A DNA stretch of 63,971 bases, filler included, from Octopus bimaculoides (GCF_001194135.2; 6 parts of 5 records of this genome joined end to end with filler, not necessarily neighbours in it); one strand, 5' to 3'. Numbered from the whole stretch's first letter, positions 51,258 through 63,049 are shown. Translations and numbers: made by a program. The notes: generated from the sequence alone by a model not told the origin.

Positions 51258-52489
51258 TGCATTTTTCACTGCTCCAATACTGTTCCTTTCGCTAATTTCG
51301 TTTGTTCCTTTATCCTCCCGCCACCACCTTACAAGTGTCACACCATATTTTTCAAGCTTGACTTCATCTCAAAGTAACCTTCTCCTCACCCTTCACACCC
51401 CTCTTACCCACCATCAACTGTTCGCTCTGTCCGACTTCCCTCTGACTCTCCTTTCCCATCTTCGGTTTTCATCCTTTTTCTCCTCCTCCTTATCCTCGTC
51501 TTTTCTTACCCGCTCCCACCTTCTTCCTTGTCCTCGTCATCTTTCACCGTTCTTTTGAGAAAAAAGAATATACTTTATCTCAAATTCATTTTTCGGCACC
51601 TTAGTGTTATTCTTTTATTTTATTGTCTGTTCACCTTTTTTGTTTTTATATATTTATTTATTGCTTGGGAGCGTGAGGTTGATGGCTGCTAGCGGTAAGG
51701 GACATATTCCTTAAATCTTCACATCTACCTGCCTGCCCTAGAAAATTTCCTTACCATGCAACAACATATTTTTTCTCCGCCCCGTCCCCCTCCCATTGCA
51801 AAACGCAGCAACGTGGTGCGTTGAAGAGTAGAACTTATCACAACCACCTCCCTCCCCTCGGGAAACACACAGCCAGTATAATTACTCTTTACAACAACAA
51901 CAACAACTGTGGGGGCTCACTTCGCATCAGAGAAGAAAACTTCTTTCGGGAAGACTCGTTGGAGCAAAGTGGTCATTATTGAAATAAAGAAAAGCTATTG
52001 AAGAGACATGATGGAGGAGCAGTAGTGATGGGAGATTGGGGGCGGTGATGGTGTTTGTAAGAGCTGCTGCCGCCGCCGCCGCGGTGGCGGTGGTGGTGGC
52101 GGTGGTGGTGAGGGTTTTGATGGTAATGTTGATGGTGACGATGACAGTGTGGATAGTAATGGGATGGTGGAGTGGTTGAGTGGTGGTGGTATGGTCACGA
52201 CGATGATATACTGCTGCTGCTACTAGATAGGCGTTCTAGCTGTGACCATCATGACATTTTGTAAATTAGGGATTACTTTATCCAACATGTCGTCATTCTT
52301 TCTTAAAGAAAATGGAATTACATATGAGCGATATTTGGTTGCCACCACGAAGAGTTTCTTTTCCCCTCGTTGGTTGGATAGCGGCATTGAGTGGTGGCCA
52401 TGTGGCCGTCATCATGGTAGTCATATTAGTCGACTTTGTGATGATAGGTGATGGTGATTACGGTCATAGTGATGGTGATTACCGATGGC

Positions 52490-52505
52490 GAAAACTGATG
52501 GATGA

Positions 52506-52539
<34 letters not shown>

Positions 52540-52601
52540 GGTGGTGGTGGTGGTGGTGGTGGTGGTGGTGGTGATGATGATGATGATGAAGGTGGTGGTG
52601 G

Positions 52602-52632
<31 letters not shown>

Positions 52633-52650
52633 GGTGGTGGTGGTGGCGGT
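52490..52650. repeat. Compound (GAT)n/(GGT)n trinucleotide tract within a low-complexity region (~52000-52830)
   Basis: Read directly; explains the poly-H/P/S/G/D ORFs. Confidence 0.95.
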
Positions 52651-53322
52651 GGACAATGACTGTTGACGGTGGTGGTTGCGACGGCCATGATAGTGCAGGC
52701 ATTGAATTGATGATGATGACAGTAATGTTGGTGATGACAGTGGTGGCAGTGGTGGCAGTGGCGACAGTGTATGATGGCGTTGAAGGTAGACAGTGCTGAT
52801 GGTTGCTGGTAGTGAAAGTGGTGAAGGCAGTATGTAATGCAGATAAGATGCTTTGAAAATCTTATCTTTTTCTCTATCTTCTGGCCCCTTCTCAAACGCT
52901 TTCTTTTCTTCTACTCATCCACATCTCTCTGATCAATATTACAAATCTCTCTCTCTCTCTCTCTCTCTCCCTCCCTCTTTCTTTCAATCTCTTCCCTCTT
53001 CCAGTTTCTCATTTTCCTTCTTTTCCCTAATCTTCAATGTTCTCCCTTTCTTCTTGTCTACGTCGTCCTTCTCTCCTCTTTCAGTTAAGGAGTCTTCGAC
53101 TTGATCCCGTCACTGTCAAACACACGCACACAGAGAGAGAGAGAGAGAGAGCGAGTGAGCGAGTGAGACACACGCACACGAATCTATCTCTGACCCACAC
53201 ACAACGCGTGCAGCATGTTCCANNNNNNNNNNNNNNNNNNNNNNNNNNNNNNNNNNNNNNNNNNNNTTAATTAATTAANNNNNNNNNNNNNNNNNNNNNN
53301 NNNNNNNNNNNNNNNNNNNNNN

Positions 53323-53658
53323 ATGCACCATTTTGAGCGTGGCCGTTGCCAGTACCGCCTGACTGGCTCCCGTAGGATTTTCGAGCGAGATCGTTGCCAG
53401 TTCCCCTGGACTGGCTTGTGCGGGTGGCACATAAAAGACACCATTTCGAGCGTGGCCGTTTTCGTGCGGGTGACACGTAAAAGCACCTACTACACTCTCT
53501 GAGTGGTTGGCGTTAGGAAGGGCATCCAGCTGTAGAAACTCTGCCAAATTAGACTGGAGCCTGGTGTTGCCATCCGGTTTCACCAGTCCTCAGTCAAATC
53601 GTCCAACCCATGCTAGCATGGAAAGCGGACGTTAAACGATGATGATGATGATGATGAT
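53323..53658 (+). mobile_element. SINE family C, 3' part with internal repeats and a (GAT)n tail
   Basis: Repeated accatt(t)gagcgtggccgtt units; ggcgttaggaagggcatccagctgtag; ...cccatgctagcatggaaagcggacgttaaacgatgatgatg. The same unit starts at ~63926. Confidence 0.8.
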
Positions 53659-54256
53659 ATACATATGTTTTTACATGAACGGATCTAATTTTTGACTCAT
53701 AATTTTGATGACATCTTATTCTTTCTGGTGGATGTTTTTGGTCAAAAAACATTTTGTTTTGGCATTAGTGTTTTGGTTGGTTGGTTTCATGTACATAGCA
53801 ACAAGTTTTGATTTATAGTAAGTTTCATGATGTCACTTTATTTTGGTAAAGAACCTGTTTTTGTTTTGGTCACATTCTGCTTGGTTGACTTCCCTGTAGG
53901 GACTCAGTCATTAGTTTTTGCCTAATGGTCATCAACCTTTCTGGTTGGATGATTTCCTCAGTTTCTTTCTTTTTTTCTGTGGGTCTGGTTCTGATAAGAG
54001 GTAAAATTTCATTGGTCTAATAAGAAGTGACATCAGCAACCAGTTGCTAACGTCATGCTGAGGTACTTTCTTGAAGAATTTTTAGTCAAATGAATTGACC
54101 TCAGTAATTATTGTGCTTTTTTTAAAGCCTCGTACTTATTCAACTGATCTCTTTTGCCAAACTGCTAAGTTACAGGGACTTAAGCACACCAACATCGGTT
54201 GTCAAACAGTAGTGATGAGACAAACACAAGCATGAAGAGACACACATGCACGTACG

Positions 54257-54287
<31 letters not shown>

Positions 54288-54424
54288 GCACACACACANN
54301 NNNNNNNNGGTCTGGTTCTGATAAGAGGTAAAATTTCATTGGTCTAATAAGAAGTGACATCAGCAACCAGTTGCTAACGTCATGCTGAGGTACTTTCTTG
54401 AAGAATTTTTAGTCAAATGAATTG

Positions 54425-54583
54425 ACCTCAGTAATTATTGTGCTTTTTTTAAAGCCTCGTACTTATTCAACTGATCTCTTTTGCCAAACTGCTAAGTTAC
54501 AGGGACTTAAGCACACCAACATCGGTTGTCAAACAGTAGTGATGAGACAAACACAAGCATGAAGAGACACACATGCACGTACG

Positions 54584-54649
<66 letters not shown>

Positions 54650-54830
54650 TAAACATGACAGACGTCTTTCTGTTTCCATCTACTAAATCCACTCACAAAG
54701 CTTTGGTCAGCCCTAAGCTACTAACTTGGTCACCTAGAAGACACTTGCCCAAGGTGCCCTGTTGCAGGACTGAACTGGGAACCATGTAGCTGGGAAGCAA
54801 GCTTCTTACCACACAGTCATGCCTACACTG
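54425..54830 (-). mobile_element. SINE family B, full length with internal (CA)n
   Basis: Minus head gtaggcatgactgtgtggtaagaagcttgcttcccagctacatggttcccagttcagtcc; tail portion aagtacgaggctt. Confidence 0.85.
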
Positions 54831-55256
54831 ATTAGGTAAAAAGTTTTTGATAAAAAGTAGTTCCATTACCTGCATAATTCATTTTGACTGATGTGTGGTT
54901 TGTGAACTCTTGCATGTCAACAAAGGGAATTGTTGGTTTCATCAATAAAATTTTCTTTGTAATTGGGGCAGGTCATGCAGTATATGAGATTCTGTGACTT
55001 GCAGATTTTTTCAGTTAACACATGCATATATATAAAGGCAAACATTTTCTGTAAAATCAATTCTGATGATTCTCTGAAACAAGATGATAGCACTAAATAA
55101 ATAATTTTCCAAAATTTTGATTACATCTTTTTCTATATATATGTGTGTGTGTGTGTGTAAGTTTTGGACTAATAGGTATATGTCAATTATTAGGTTGTCA
55201 AGAAAGTTCTTGCGGAATTTTTAATTTTGGTTTAATTGATGCATTTTCAAATTACA

Positions 55257-55410
55257 GCGTGGAAGGTGTTTATAATATGGAATTTTGTCAGTGAACAGGT
55301 CGTGGTCTCAAAGCGATGAAAATGTTTTGACAAATTAAATTTAAATGTTGAAGTGAATCTAACAGTCTTTGTGTATTTCTTAAACGGCTTATAAAATCCT
55401 TCCACGCTGC
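55257..55410. mobile_element. Small nested insert with 21-bp inverted ends inside the mariner 5' region
   Basis: cagcgtggaaggtgtttataa (from 55257) versus ttataaaatccttccacgctg (to 55410). Confidence 0.6.
55284..55334 (+). ncRNA. Minimal hammerhead-like motif (HHR-3) with swapped G3-C8 core
   Basis: UUUGUCA-GUGAACA-G-GUCGU-ggucucaaa-GCGAU-GAAAA-UG-UUU-UGACAAA: 7-bp helix I, 5-bp helix II with two wobbles, short near-palindromic helix III. Confidence 0.6.
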
Positions 55411-55591
55411 CATTGTTTTCGTTCCAGCACACAATCTCAGATCAGTTCACTCCGTAATTTTCAAATTAATTTTCCTTAAATTACTTTGACTTTATATATC
55501 ATTTTAAAGCCTGTTTTTCACTCTATCTAATCATGTTACTCTTTTCCTTTTTGAATAATTCGGCCATCTTTTCCAGAACGTTGGATACAAC

Positions 55592-56603
55592 ATGGACAAA
55601 AAGCAAATTCTCACAATTTTCTTATTCTAGTTCAAGCTAAGCCAAAAAGCTGCTGAAACAGCTCACAATATCAACGATGTGTTTGGCCCAGGAACTACTA
55701 ATGAACGTACAGCACAATGGTGGTTCAAGAAATTTTGTAGTGGTGACGAGAGTCTTGAAGATGATAGGCGTAGTGGTCGGCCATCGGATGTTGACAACGA
55801 TCAACTAAGAGCCTTAGTGGAAGCCAATCCACACACATCTGTTCGAGAGCTTGCTTCTGAATTAGATGTAATGTATACGACAATTTCCAACCACTTGAAA
55901 GAGACTGGAAAAACAAAAATACTTGAGAAATGGGTGCTGCATGAATTGAACGACAACCAAAAGAACGCTGTTTTGAAGTGTTGTCTTCCCTTCTTTTACG
56001 CAATATGAACGATCCATTTCTCGACTGGATTGTGACTTGAGATGAAAAGTGGATTCTTTATGACAACCGGCGATGCTCAACTCAGTGGTTGGATGCCAAC
56101 GAAGCTCCACGACACTTCCCGAAGCCAAAGTTACATCAGAAGAAGGTCATGGTGACTGTTTGGTGGTCTGCGGCTGGTCTCATTCATCACAGCATTTTGG
56201 ATCCAGGCGAAACCATTTTGGCGGAGAAGTACTATCAGCAAATGGATGAAATGCATAAGAAACTCTGACAACAGCATTGGTCAATAGAAAAGGACCAATT
56301 CGTCTCCCTGACAACGCTCGGCCGCACATCACACAACTGACCCTACAGAAGTTGAACGAATTGGGCTACGAAACTCTGCCTCATCCGCCATACTCACCAG
56401 ACCTCTTACCTACCGACTACCACTTTTTCAAGCATCTCGACAACTTTCTGCGTGAGAAATGCTTCAAAAACCAAGACGATGCCAAACACGCCTTCAACGA
56501 CTTCATCGGCACCAGAACACAGGATTTTTATGCTACTGGTATAAATAAACTTGTTTCGCGTTGGCAAAAGTGTGTTGATACTGATGATGTTTATTTTGAT
56601 TAA
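55592..56603 (+). pseudogene. Mariner transposase pseudogene
   Basis: MDKKQI..AAETAHNIN.VFG..TAQWWFKKF..RSGRPS..KWVLHEL..IVT*DEKW..KVMVTVWW..DNARPH..HPPYSPDL.PTDYHFF..RWQKCV; at least three in-frame stops and two frameshifts. Confidence 0.95.
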
Positions 56604-57054
56604 TAAAGTTTTGCTTGAGCTGAGATATGTGCATCTGAATTTAAAGGTTAAAAACCACAAGAACTTTCTTGACAACCTAATATTATGTTGATGGGTTGAA
56701 CAAAGCACAAGCACAGTTTGGGCTACTTGGTGTCATCCATAGTTAGGGTATATTTCCTTTGGATCTACTTCAAGAATTCTGCAATGTTAGTTGAGATAAT
56801 AATCGATTAAGTAAATGGAAGATGGATTTGGTTTAAGTCTTTATTCTGTACAACGGTCGTTTTGACCCATCATGCAACTGTCCTTAATGGGTGGGATATT
56901 GTGCGTCCCACCTATGAATAACAGTCACAGGATGGGTTGAAATGACTGTCATATGGAATAAAGGCCAATACCAAATCCATCTTCTACTTCATTAATTGAT
57001 TATACGTATGTATGTATGTACGTGTATGTACACACACACACACACTCACGTATA

Positions 57055-57086
<32 letters not shown>

Positions 57087-57219
57087 CACACGTTATATAT
57101 ACTTTTACTTGGTTATGTCAATCTCTTACTACTTTGAGTTTTGACTGCAGATGCACAGGGTCTTCAGGCAAAATACCACTGAAGAAATAATGAAATTTGT
57201 GCCTCTCTCCCTGCCCCCC

Positions 57220-57263
<44 letters not shown>

Positions 57264-57363
57264 NNNNNNNNNNNNNNNNNNNNNNNNNNNNNNNNNNNNN
57301 NNNNNNNTTAATTAATTAANNNNNNNNNNNNNNNNNNNNNNNNNNNNNNNNNNNNNNNNNNNN

Positions 57364-57401
<38 letters not shown>

Positions 57402-58763
57402 GGAGAGAGAGAGAATTAGGGAGAGAGAGAAACACAGTGATGTATGTAATTGAGCATATATATATACATGTTAATGTGTGTATGTATATATACACATTGA
57501 GAAAGGCAAAGAGAGAGAATGGTGGAGGGTGAGAGTGAGAGAGAGAGAGAATGAGAGAGAGATATAGCAAAAGTAAAACTTATATTTGCATTTGTGGGTT
57601 TAAATAAACACAGACACACACACACACACACACACAAAACACACACACACATAGACACACACACACTTATATATACATAGCTTTATACATAAGCATGTAT
57701 AAATACATACACACACATATATACATATATTTATAATACAAACAAACACAGAGCTTTATACTCGTATAGTTTAATCCAAACATTTGCACGTACACACGAT
57801 CACACACAAATAGACGCACATACACAAACACACATACACACATACCCACAGATATATACACACATACAAATACACATGTGTATAAACCCTTTTTAGTAAA
57901 TAATCCTTGTTGATGGCCGCTCGAGATAAAACGTGCTTGGGAAACATTTGATAAAATTAGGCGTCAGTCAAAATGGCCGCTTCGATTCAATAAACGCTTA
58001 GTAATCACGTGAGGACGTTTGAGTCTTCGTCGCTTTTTTTTTACTCTTACTGTTAATATGGTGGTTTTGTTTAGCCATAAATCAACCCGAATGAGGAAAC
58101 GTGTGATAAATTACATCCCGTTCTGAATATTTTGTCTTATTATTTTTTGTTTTGTTTTGGATTTTGTTGCTAAGATTGTATTATGAAGCAAGTGCTTTCG
58201 CTTTCTAGGATGCTTTGGAAGGGCCAGGAGAGACTTTAGCTTCTATTTCGGTCGTTTCGAGATAGTGACTATGTCAGGTCTGATCTAGAAGAGAATACAT
58301 ATGAATAATGCTACTCTAAATGTGTTCTTCCTATTTAATTAGGTACATCGAGCAATGTACTAATCGAATTGCATTTGACGCTAAGCATAGATCAATGGAG
58401 ATTAGGATTTGATATCAATCTGATTTTACAACTACCTCAAGTCTCCGTCCTTTAATCGTTGTTGCTGTCCTTAAAACCCTGGATAGACGTTGAATATATG
58501 TGTATCTATGCATGTGCGTGTGGTGTGCATTTATAAAATTAAATAAATGACAAAGGACCGGATAATTACGAAATGAACTTCATTAGCTTACAGCTGTTTC
58601 CGCTATAAGATACAAAGCACGTTGCATAATTTGCTGTTCATTTGTCTTTTATATTGAATCTCTTATTAATTTTTGTACTTGGCTAACGCTTTTTCCTGAA
58701 GCGTTTGTATATTAGGCCTTGGCACCAGCTTTTTTATTGTCGCTACACAACACCGAAATAATG

Positions 58764-58798
<35 letters not shown>

Positions 58799-58830
58799 GG
58801 GGGGTGTATGTGTGTGTGTCTGTCTGTCTG

Positions 58831-58875
<45 letters not shown>

Positions 58876-58879
58876 CTAT

Positions 58880-58942
58880 ATATAAATAAATGATATATAT
58901 GCATGAATACATACGTATATGTACGTACTTACATCTATACGC

Positions 58943-58983
<41 letters not shown>

Positions 58984-59382
58984 TATGTGGGCACAGGACG
59001 TCACGAAACGTGTACAACAACAAAAACATACGAAGCATGAATACATGGAACATGAAATATTCTATCGAACAACGAAAGACACAAATGGAAAGCAAAACAA
59101 GCATCATAAACAACGACCCTTCATCAGTTGTTGGCTGTTTTTCTTGTCTCGTATTTCGAAGCCAACAACTGATGAAGGGTCGTTCTTTATGTTTCTTGTT
59201 TTGTTTTCCATTTGTGTCTTTCGTTGTTCGGAAAATACTTCATCTTCCATGTTCGTATTTTTTTGTTGTATACATTTCGTGACGTCCTTGCCCACATATG
59301 CATATATATATATATATATATATATACGTATAGATGTATGTACATATACGTATGTATATATGCACATATATATATTATTTAT
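58880..59382. mobile_element. ~500-bp foldback palindrome (core arms 58981-59136 / 59161-59301), symmetry extending across (TA)n tracts
   Basis: gcatatgtgggcacaggacgtcacgaaa...gacccttcatcagttgttggc / gccaacaactgatgaagggtc...tttcgtgacgtccttgcccacatatgc; outer acatctatacg / cgtatagatgt. Confidence 0.85.
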
Positions 59383-59821
59383 GTTATTATATGTATGTGT
59401 ATATATGTGTGTGTGTGTGTCTATGTGTGTGTGTTTATAGAATTTATCTTAATTACCAAATCACATCTACTTAATAAATGAGACGAGAAAAAAAAATGTT
59501 TGCATAAAGACCAATTCGTATTTTCAAAATATCGCTAAACCCTAGGTATCCCTTAAATACTGCTAATCCCTATTTTACAGGTTACTAGCGGACCTGCCTG
59601 ACTTCTTATTACCTCACCTTAAACTTCCCAGGTACCACTCAGCACTATTTAACCTCACTTCACATTATAAACCAAATACTGAACTTCATACTTACTTTAT
59701 CTAGTACGCTAGGGAACTCTTTCCTATAATTTAATTTCAATTGATGGCTAGACTATCGACTCATTTTAGACGCTATAATTTCCCTATCGTTCTAAATGTC
59801 TTTTCTATAAATTCTTCAACC

Positions 59822-59970
59822 CTTTCTTATTTCTTTATTGCCCACAAGGGGCTAAACATAGAGGGGACAAACAAGGACAAACAAACGGATTAAGTCGATT
59901 AGATCAACCCCAGTGCGTAACTGGTACTTAATTTATCTACCCCGAAAGGATGAAAGGCAAAGTCGACCTC
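59822..59970 (-). mobile_element. SINE family A-related 3' half with a variant tail
   Basis: Minus strand gaggtcgactttgcctttcatcctttcgggg...aagtaccagttacgcactggggttgatctaatcgacttaatcc. Confidence 0.8.
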
Positions 59971-59982
59971 ATCTTTTTTGTT

Positions 59983-60033
59983 GTTAACACAACGTTTCGG
60001 CTGATATACCCTCCAGCCTTCATCAGGTGTAAC
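59983..60033 (-). ncRNA. Intact minimal type-I hammerhead ribozyme motif (HHR-4)
   Basis: ACAC-CUGAUGA-A-GGCUG-gaggguauau-CAGCC-GAAAC-GUU-GUGU; helix III is the palindrome ACGU with no loop; helix I extends GUU/AAC past a U bulge. Confidence 0.8.
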
Positions 60034-61729
60034 CCTATATGTGTGAACCAAATTATTATCATCGTTATCATCATCATCGTCATCATCATCATCATCATCA
60101 TCATAGCCACCACCGCCACCACCACCACCACCATAAACACAACCATCACTCCCACCTCTAATACCACAACCAGAACNNNNNNNNNNNNNNNNNNNNNNNN
60201 NNNNNNNNNNNNNNNNNNNNNNNNNNNNNNNNNNNNNNNNNNNNNNNNNNNNNNNNNNNNNNNNNNNNNNNNNNNNNNNNNNNNNNNNNNNNNNNNNNNN
60301 NNNNNNNNNNNNNNNNNNNNNNNNNNNNNNNNNNNNNNNNNNNNNNNNNNNNNNNNNNNNNNNNNNNNNNNNNNNNNNNNNNNNNNNNNNNNNNNNNNNN
60401 NNNNNNNNNNNNNNNNNNNNNNNNNNNNNNNNNNNNNNNNNNNNNNNNNNNNNNNNNNNNNNNNNNNNNNNNNNNNNNNNNNNNNNNNNNNNNNNNNNNN
60501 NNNNNNNNNNNNNNNNNNNNNNNNNNNNNNNNNNNNNNNGAACGCCAAATGAACAGCGGAAGCGATAGCAGCGACAAACCTACGATTTCGCCAACGATGG
60601 TATATCACCGTGACTTGCACCACCACAACCACCACTACCACTATCATCATGAACAGCAACAACAACAACAACAACAATCACAACAACAGCAACAGCATCA
60701 ACAACGGATATTTCGTACAAATTAATCGAATTGATCTTCATTATCTATGAATAGTTCCAAGTCATCCATAAAGAAAAGAGGATTTATTTTCTACAGCCTG
60801 TCTCCAGTAATATTCTTCGAATCATTTACCATTCTTAAAATCAGAGTCAAAAGCCACATCGCTAAACAACAACAACAACAACAACAACAACAGTTGCAGA
60901 AGTAGCAACAGTTACATAACAACAAAAATGGTTAGGAATGAATGTAGAAGAATCTATCGCCTACCCAACATTCTTGTAAATTCTTCTAATGATATTAATA
61001 CGTCGTACATCTTAACCAATAATAGTTTAATTCTGGTTTCCATTTACTCAAAAGTCTTTTACAATCAGATTCTTTACATTTATAGTCTCTGCTAAACCTA
61101 GCCATTTTCTCAAGAATTCCATTATCCAAGAATTAGGAAAAAATCATCGGAGGCATATTTATAATTCAATCCATACCATTTGGGAGAAGTTTTGTTTCGT
61201 TTTTGTTTTTTTATTTTCTGTGTTTATTCGTTTTTGTTTCTTTGTTCTTTTTCAGCCACGTTCAAATATTAAGTGTATACATACATACTTACATGCATAC
61301 ATGTACACACACACACTCACACATAAACGCGCACACACACACATAAATGTATATATGTGTATACACGCGTGTCTATGCATGTATTTAGATATATGTAAAC
61401 ATGCATGCATATATACATATTTATGCATAGATATATACATACACATATACACATATACANNNNNNNNNNNNNNNNNNNNNNNNNNNNNNNNNNNNNNNNN
61501 NNNNNNNNNNNNNNNNNNNNNNNNNNNNNNNNNNNNNNNNNNNNNNNNNNNNNNNNNNNNNNNNNNNNNNNNNNNNNNNNNNNNNNNNNNNNNNNNNNNN
61601 NNNNNNNNNNNNNNNNNNNNNNNNATATATATTTATACATATATGCATGCATATATACATATTTATGCATAGATATATACATACACATATACACATATAC
61701 ACAAACACACACATGTACAAACACACACG

Positions 61730-61766
<37 letters not shown>

Positions 61767-62084
61767 ACACACACATATATATATGCATACACACGCATAC
61801 ACATATATAGCGGTTATACATCTGCAATAACTTGATTTTCTTGTCTCCATATTTTCTTCATTTGCATTTTATTTGATCTCTGCATTTATTATAGGCTACG
61901 AGTCTTCAAGCGGGGTGTTTACAAGGGCATTAGATTTGCTAGAAATAGCAGTCTAATTCACATTTTATAAAAATTTACTATGATCTTATGACATATAAAA
62001 AAAAAAAATACGACGGACTACGTTAGAAACTGGCTTCTCATATTGCCCCATAAGGATTCATGGTCCTTTACTAACTTACCATGC

Positions 62085-62291
62085 GAAGGCGCAAAGCCTA
62101 GTGGTTAGGCTATTGCTCTCACGATCGCTAGATCGTGGGTTCGATTCCCAGACCGTGTGTCACGTGTATTCATTCCACATTGCTTCAGCCCTCCTTTCGA
62201 CCACGGGGGAAATTAGCCTTCTCGCCGAGCCAGCGGGGTGGCGCCATTCGAAGGCTAAAACGATGCAAAATACATTGTAACCGGCGATGTG
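62085..62291 (+). mobile_element. tRNA-derived SINE (family E), truncated by gap
   Basis: ggcgcaaagcctagtggttagg...gatcgtgggttcgattcccagaccg. Confidence 0.75.
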
Positions 62292-62511
62292 NNNNNNNNN
62301 NNNNNNNNNNNNNNNNNNNNNNNNNNNNNNNNNNNTTAATTAATTAANNNNNNNNNNNNNNNNNNNNNNNNNNNNNNNNNNNNNNNNNNNNTCACAAAAG
62401 ATAATATCTAAAAAAAAAAGCAGAACAAATTTATTTCTTTTCTTAATTGAGATGAAAAAAAAAAGATCATTCCTTTTTAATGCAAAAAACATGCATGTAG
62501 TTATATACAGA

Positions 62512-62554
<43 letters not shown>

Positions 62555-62977
62555 GTGTGTGTGTGTGTGTGCGCGTGTGTGTGAGTACTGAATCTGTGTA
62601 TGTGGGTTTGCTATTGCTTGTGTGTGGGCATATGTCTGCGCGCTTTTTTTATTCATGCGTATTAATGTAATAAAATCGTTATTAAACTATCGTTAATAAA
62701 ATGTTGAACATTTTCATTTCTATGTTGATGTATTAGGGAACAAAATTCTTCCAGTTTGAAGGTTCCAGGTCCCTGAAATGTCCCAGAACATATTTCAAGC
62801 AAAAGGGAAAAAAATGCATGCATTTATAATTATATTTATGAAAGTCATTTTATTGTTTCTTCTACTGTTTCCACAAAGATTAGGGAATATCAAGCAAAAA
62901 TAAGAGAAACTATGTATGTATGTATGTATGTATACATATATAAATACACATACACACACGTATCTATTTATATATAT

Positions 62978-63049
62978 ATAATTATTTAAAATTATAATAC
63001 AGGGTATCAAGAGATGCCACCACCCTGTATTATAATTTTAAATAATTAT
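62978..63049. repeat. Perfect 28-bp inverted repeat with a 16-nt loop
   Basis: ataattatttaaaattataatacagggt / accctgtattataattttaaataattat. Confidence 0.9.

Larger units (their letters stand above)
55190..56680 (+). mobile_element. Full-length inactive mariner DNA transposon (DD34D, Hsmar1/cecropia-like)
   Basis: 26-bp TIRs TTAGGTTGTCAAGAAAGTTCTTG(C/T)GG; TA TSDs at 55188-55189 and 56681-56682. Confidence 0.95.

Noticed and set aside
53979-54630. Identical ~320-bp direct repeat (53979-54298 and 54309-54630)
   Set aside because: The copies are identical and separated by a 10-N gap: an unmerged contig overlap. The similar duplication around the 61460-61624 gap has the same explanation.
55060-55090. 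ctgatga-ttctct-gaaac
   Set aside because: No helix II or helix I can form; chance juxtaposition.
58581-58600. GAAACAGCUGUA (hammerhead 3' half) on the minus strand
   Set aside because: No CUGANGA or helix I partner within range; at most a dead remnant.
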